Source of the DNA: Alphaproteobacteria bacterium
Lineage (GTDB): Bacteria > Pseudomonadota > Alphaproteobacteria > UBA6615
NCBI GenBank assembly: GCA_002727315.1
Contig: PBWR01000007.1
Span: 134,075-198,074 of the forward strand
Direction: 5' to 3'
Length of the DNA: 64,000 bases
Shown: positions 59,888-64,000 of the stretch, one piece after another
How positions within the stretch are numbered: the stretch's first letter is position 1
How the letters are laid out: the number at the start of each line of letters is the position of its first letter
Translations under genes and position numbers: made by a program
Notes under the pieces: generated by a model
Database searches by the model: none
What the model was told of the DNA's origin: nothing
What the model saw: the letters and a program-made list of their open reading frames with translations, nothing else

Positions 59888-59998
59888 GCTGCCCTCCTTG
59901 GCGCGCGCTCGGGCGCTTGGAAAACCGGCGGTTAATCTAGGCGTTTTCGCCGGTTTCGCAAACGCGACCGGCGTGTCGTTCGACGGCCCGCGCGGGCC

Positions 59999-60832
59999 TC
60001 AGTTCAGCCGGCTGCTAATTTCCGCGATCAGCTGGTCGACTCGAGCCCGGTCAACCGGGCTCCCGGACAGGTCCCGGCATTGTCCCAGCGCCACCAGGGC
60101 GGCCCGCAGATTGCCGAGATGGGCGTTCAGCAACCCCGCTTCGTGCCACAGGGAATCCTCGCCCGGCGCGAACAGCAGCATATCCTCGACGGCCTTCAGC
60201 GCGTCGCTGATTTGGTCGGCCTTGATCAGGCGGACCTTCCGGTTGTTCTGCAACCGGATCAGGGTGTCCCGGTTGCTGGCCGGTGCATAGTGAGTGGGGG
60301 CCAGTTCGGCGTCCTCACCCAAGGTCGCCTTCAACAGTTTGCGCAGCCGTGCGACGTCGATGACTTCGGCCCCCGCGAACGGATCGAGGATCAGCCGCTC
60401 CGGTCCCTCCTCGATGCGGATCAGGAAATGGCCGGGAAAGTTTAGCCCGCAGATGTCCCACCCCAGCTGGCGTCCGCAATGGATGTGCAGGATTCCCAGA
60501 GAGATCGGCAGTCCCTTGCGGCGGTCGATGACGCGCATCAGGTTTGCGTTCTGCAGGTCGTCATAGGATTGCTGGTCGCCGGTATAGCCGAATGCGTCGT
60601 GGATCACAGATGCCAGGGCGTCGCGCTTTCCGGAGAGGCCGCCCGGCGATGCCGCAAAGGCCGCACCGATGTCATTGGCGAGCTCGGCCAGATGGTCGAG
60701 ATATCGGCCCGGCTGGACACCGGGAAGCTCGCGCGCGGCCAGCGCGAGTGCTGCTTCGGCCAGCTCGATGCTGGCATCGTCGAGGCTTGCCAGACGCCGT
60801 AGCGCGTGCGTGGTGTCCGCCGTGGCCGACAT
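59999..60832 (-). CDS. SirB1/YchA-like protein (transglutaminase-like N-domain plus TPR)
   Basis: GLPISLGILHIHCGRQLGWDICGLNFPGHFLIR followed by a TPR-like C-terminus. 277 aa. Confidence 0.7.
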   Translation of the reverse strand: MSATADTTHALRRLASLDDASIELAEAALALAARELPGVQPGRYLDHLAELANDIGAAFAASPGGLSGKRDALASVIHDAFGYTGDQQSYDDLQNANLMRVIDRRKGLPISLGILHIHCGRQLGWDICGLNFPGHFLIRIEEGPERLILDPFAGAEVIDVARLRKLLKATLGEDAELAPTHYAPASNRDTLIRLQNNRKVRLIKADQISDALKAVEDMLLFAPGEDSLWHEAGLLNAHLGNLRAALVALGQCRDLSGSPVDRARVDQLIAEISSRLN

Positions 60833-60834
60833 GC

Positions 60835-61524
60835 CTAGCGGTTGTTCGCCGGGGCGTTCTGGGCCGGTGCCGGTTCGGCGGGTTTGCCCTCGGGATTCGC
60901 GATCCGGCGCGGGTCGTCCTTCATGATCACATGGCTGATGACGCGCTTGACGTTGGGTACGTCGCGGGCGATGCGGAAGACCCGATCGAGTTCGTCCCGG
61001 TCCTGGGCCACGCCGAGCAGGTAGACGGTGCCGCCGACGGCGCGGGTGGAATAGTTGATCGAGCTCACTTCGCCGTCGAACAGCAGGTCGGCGTCGAGGC
61101 GGGCATTGATCAGCGCATCATTGGCGAAATCGTCGAGACCGCCACCCGGGGAAATCTCGACCTCGTTGATGACCTCGCGCACCCCCTCGGGCTGCCAGGC
61201 CAGTTGCACGGCCCGGTCGGCCTTTTCCTGGTCGGGCACCGTGCCGGTCAAGAGCACCCGGCCTTCGTAGATCTGCAAGTTCAGGCGATTGAAGGTGTCG
61301 AAATCGTAGTTCAGCCATGCCTCGTTGATCTTGACCCGGATCAGGGCGTCGCTGGCCGCGCCACGGAAGCCGCGTTCCTCGGATACCGCGACGCCCGCGC
61401 TCGCCGCACCGCCGACGGCGACCCCGGCCGGGGTGCATGCGGTGAGCAGGAGCAGGCCTGCGATCAGTGCGCCGGCCAGATGCCGGCTGCCCACATTCGG
61501 TTTCTCGCGATTGGAAGTTGCCAT
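60835..61524 (-). CDS. BON-domain lipoprotein (DolP/OsmY-like)
   Basis: Lipobox LIAGLLLLTAC and two BON-type segments (...VKINEAW.../...VYLLGVAQD). Start at MATSNREK (ATG 61524). Confidence 0.75.
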   Translation of the reverse strand: MATSNREKPNVGSRHLAGALIAGLLLLTACTPAGVAVGGAASAGVAVSEERGFRGAASDALIRVKINEAWLNYDFDTFNRLNLQIYEGRVLLTGTVPDQEKADRAVQLAWQPEGVREVINEVEISPGGGLDDFANDALINARLDADLLFDGEVSSINYSTRAVGGTVYLLGVAQDRDELDRVFRIARDVPNVKRVISHVIMKDDPRRIANPEGKPAEPAPAQNAPANNR

Positions 61525-61710
61525 GTCGAACTCCTTGAGGCTGCCGTACAGACTATTCGATTCGCCACGCGTCGGGCACGTGTCGCGTCCATTGCCGGGG
61601 TGCGACCAGAATGGCGTCGAACTGGACATCACAGCCGGCATGGCGTTCGGCCCGCCGGCCGCGGCGTTCGGCCTGCTGCCGGGTACCGGTGCCGAATTTC
61701 GCCCCGCCCG

Positions 61711-62655
61711 TCACCCGCCGTCGTCTTCGCCGGAGATTTCGAGCGCGAGCCGGTAGACATCGCGCCGCGCGCGGCCCGTCACGGCGGTGATCTGTGCGAC
61801 CGCATCCCGCAGGCTGAGGTCTTTCAGGGCGTCCGTCAGGGCGGCCTGGACCGCGTCGTCGCCAACCTCTGCCGCCGGGGGCGGGCCGACGAGCAACACG
61901 ATCTCGCCACGCGGCGGATCCGATGTGCCGTAACGTTCGGCGAGGTCTGCAAGTGGGCCGCGCACCAACTCCTCGTGAAGCTTGGTGAGTTCGCGCGCCA
62001 CCGCCGCCGGCCTGTCTCCCAGAACGGCATGGAGATCCTCGAGGCAGGCCGCGAGACGCTGGGGCGATTCGTAGAAAACCAGGCTGCCCGGTACCGCAGC
62101 CAGTTCCTGAAACCGCCGTCGCCGTGCGGCGCTGCGTGGCGGCGGGAAGCCGGCGAAGAAAAAACCGTCGGTCGGCAGACCCGACAGGACGAGCCCGGCG
62201 ATTGTCGCGCTGGGGCCGGGCAGAGTCTGGACCGGGATGTCCCCGGCGATCGCGGCCTCGACAAGGCGGAACCCGGGGTCCGAGATCAGGGGTGTGCCCG
62301 CGTCGCTGACCAGCGCCAGAGAATCGCCGCCATTGAGGCGTTCCATGAGCTTCGGCAGGACGCGCCGTGCGTTGTGGTCGTTATAGGCGGTGGTTTTGGT
62401 GGCAATTCTGTATCGGGACAGAAGCTTGCGGGTGACACGCGTATCCTCGCACAGGATGGTGTCGACACCGTTCAGGATGTCGAGGGCGCGCACCGTGATA
62501 TCGCCCAGATTGCCGATTGGCGTGGCCACGATGTGCAGGCCCGGGGCAGCGGTGTCATCCGATACTTGTTCGCGCCTGCCCGCACGGTTAGGTTCGCGCG
62601 CATCACGTTCCTGGTGAGCATCTTGAGATGATTGAGGAAGGCGTTCTCGTGCCAC
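61711..62655 (-). CDS. rsmI: 16S rRNA (cytidine1402-2'-O)-methyltransferase RsmI
   Basis: LHIVATPIGNLGDITVRALDIL, ILCEDTR, SDAGTPLISDPG and YESPQRL motifs. Confidence 0.92.
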   Translation of the reverse strand: MARERLPQSSQDAHQERDAREPNRAGRREQVSDDTAAPGLHIVATPIGNLGDITVRALDILNGVDTILCEDTRVTRKLLSRYRIATKTTAYNDHNARRVLPKLMERLNGGDSLALVSDAGTPLISDPGFRLVEAAIAGDIPVQTLPGPSATIAGLVLSGLPTDGFFFAGFPPPRSAARRRRFQELAAVPGSLVFYESPQRLAACLEDLHAVLGDRPAAVARELTKLHEELVRGPLADLAERYGTSDPPRGEIVLLVGPPPAAEVGDDAVQAALTDALKDLSLRDAVAQITAVTGRARRDVYRLALEISGEDDGG

Positions 62656-62705
62656 GACCGGTTGTCCCGTTGGTCCCGCATGCCGTCACATCCACCGGCA
62701 CCCGC

Positions 62706-64000
62706 TTGCGTGCATTGATGGTGGTTGTGGCTCTGTCGTTCGCGGCGTGCGCGGAAGGCAACCTAGCGGGGACGCAAGGCGAAGCGCAAGCGCCGGCCCC
62801 ACAGGCCGCGGAGCCCCCGCCACCCCCGCCACCCCCGCCACCTGCGCCGCCGCAGACGGTGGTGCCGATACCGGTCACACCCGAGCCGGTCGTGCCGGAT
62901 GTGACGCGCGCCGCCCTGATCGTGCCGCTCAGTGGCGCGGCGACATCGGTTGGCCGCGACCTAGCCGATGCGGCGCAGCTGGCGCTGTTCGATTTCGGGG
63001 TCCCGCATTTCGAGCTCAGAATTTACGATTCCGGCGGCACCGCGGTGTCCGCCCGGGCTGCTGCCGAGCGCGCGCAGGCAGATGGCGCGCGGCTGGTGCT
63101 CGGCCCGCTTCTGTCCGAGGCCGTGACCGGGGCGTCCAGTGTGATGCGTCTGGCCGGCGTGCCGGTCTTTGCGTTCTCGAACGACCAGCGAATTGCCGGC
63201 GGCGGTGTCTATGCCGCCGGCTTCTCCGCCGAAGCGCAGATCGACAGGGTCGTGGCCTTCGCGGCGCGCCGTGGACTTGTGGAGTATGCCGCGCTCGTCC
63301 CCGACGACGGGTTTGGATCGCGAATGTCCGCGATCCTGTCCGAAGCCGTGCTGCGGCGCGGGGGCAATGTTGCGGCCACGGCCTTCTATCCGGCCGACAC
63401 CGAGGGGCTGAACGGGACGGTACGGGCGCTAGCGCGATATGACGAGCGGGTGAAGGCACTGGAAGAGGAGCGCAAGCTTCTGATCGCGCGTGACGATGCA
63501 TTCTCCAAACGCGCGCTGGAACGTCTCGAGACCCGCGACACGCTGGGCGAGGTAGGTTTCGAGGCGTTGATGTTGCCCGCCGGCGGCGACGAGGTGCTGC
63601 AGGTGTCGCCGCTCCTGGCCTTCTTCGATATCGATCCCCTGGAGGTCAAGCTGCTGGGCACCTGGGTCTGGGACGATCCGGCGCTCGGCAAGGAGCCGAC
63701 GATGCTCGGCGCCTGGTTTGCCGCGCCGCCACCCGAGGCACGCGCGCGGTTCGTCGAGCGGTTCCAGGAAACCTTCGGGCGGGCGCCCGATCGCTTATCG
63801 ACCCTGGCCTATGACGGCGTGGCCCTGGCCGCCGTTCTGGCGCGCGGGATTGGCCCCGAGGGCGCGCCCTACACCCGTGAGCGGCTGGAGACCCCGGACG
63901 GTTTTGCCGGTGTCGATGGAATTTTCAGGCTGACCGAAACCGGCGCCGTTGAGCGCGGGCTGGCCGTGTTGGAGGTCCGACGCGATGCGCCGCGCGAGAT
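62706..64000 (+). CDS. Penicillin-binding protein activator LpoA-like lipoprotein (periplasmic-binding fold), 3' end cut by window edge
   Basis: This ORF is not in the track because it has no stop in the window. It reads (TTG)RALMVVVALSFAAC lipobox, a poly-Pro linker, then ALIVPLSG...LGPLLSEAV...LAYDGVALAAV. It is divergent from rsmI, as yraL/yraM are in E. coli. The start could be TTG 62706 or ATG 62718. Confidence 0.75.
   Translation, partial: MRALMVVVALSFAACAEGNLAGTQGEAQAPAPQAAEPPPPPPPPPPAPPQTVVPIPVTPEPVVPDVTRAALIVPLSGAATSVGRDLADAAQLALFDFGVPHFELRIYDSGGTAVSARAAAERAQADGARLVLGPLLSEAVTGASSVMRLAGVPVFAFSNDQRIAGGGVYAAGFSAEAQIDRVVAFAARRGLVEYAALVPDDGFGSRMSAILSEAVLRRGGNVAATAFYPADTEGLNGTVRALARYDERVKALEEERKLLIARDDAFSKRALERLETRDTLGEVGFEALMLPAGGDEVLQVSPLLAFFDIDPLEVKLLGTWVWDDPALGKEPTMLGAWFAAPPPEARARFVERFQETFGRAPDRLSTLAYDGVALAAVLARGIGPEGAPYTRERLETPDGFAGVDGIFRLTETGAVERGLAVLEVRRDAPRE
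62814..62840 (+). repeat. Perfect 3 x 9-bp tandem repeat CCCCCGCCA (encodes poly-proline linker)
   Basis: Three exact head-to-tail copies at 62814-62822, 62823-62831 and 62832-62840, inside the LpoA-like gene. Confidence 0.9.

Noticed and set aside
60544-62631. 695-aa plus-strand ORF
   Set aside because: It runs antisense across three well-supported minus-strand genes (sirB1-like, BON lipoprotein, rsmI). It is a shadow ORF.
1-64000. Mobile elements, prophage, CRISPR arrays, tRNA/rRNA genes, known defence systems
   Set aside because: I recognised no transposase, integrase or recombinase ORFs. I saw no regularly spaced direct repeats and no tRNA-like cloverleaf candidates in intergenic gaps. 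There is no low-GC island. The gene content is overwhelmingly conserved housekeeping. A tRNAscan/Infernal/PADLOC run would be the formal check.

Overview
High-GC (roughly 65%) alphaproteobacterial chromosomal segment, densely coding, covering the origin-proximal core. Left to right: a peptide-type ABC importer (SBP and two permeases); a decayed adenylate cyclase next to an MBL-fold hydrolase; MFS transporter; orphan OmpR-type response regulator with a DUF427 gene; ribA; a frameshifted conserved hypothetical; L,D-transpeptidase; yggS; a JmjC/cupin oxygenase; a porin; DUF3576-leuS-lptE-holA; parB-parA-rsmG-mnmG-mnmE with two perfect parS palindromes; DUF6489; a thioredoxin-domain (DUF255) protein; qor; rho-hemJ-hemH-hemE. 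A 384-bp AT-rich gap follows and is the best oriC candidate. After it come PDRP(DUF299)-maf-aroE-coaE-dnaQ, secB, fxsA, Tim44-like, mltA, lutABC, smr plus an XRE regulator, a cyclase-family gene, hslVU, a his operon (hisB-H-A-F-E) interleaved with non-his genes, HIT, and an accessory-looking block (TauD, thiolase, P450, VIT1, YjbQ relic, amidohydrolase, VOC). The window ends with gshB, sirB1-like, BON lipoprotein, rsmI and a 3'-truncated LpoA-like gene. I found no rRNA, tRNA, CRISPR, transposase, integrase, prophage or recognisable defence genes, and no convincing novel multi-gene system. The items most worth a second look are: the oriC/parS architecture; a 69-bp near-perfect inverted copy of an internal hemE segment that brackets qor-rho-hemJ-hemH; a three-copy REP-like hairpin family; two decayed genes (cyclase, YjbQ); a conserved ORF broken by two compensating homopolymer frameshifts; and non-his genes inside the his operon. 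Product calls rest on motifs recalled from memory and on synteny, not on database searches. Start codons are best guesses.
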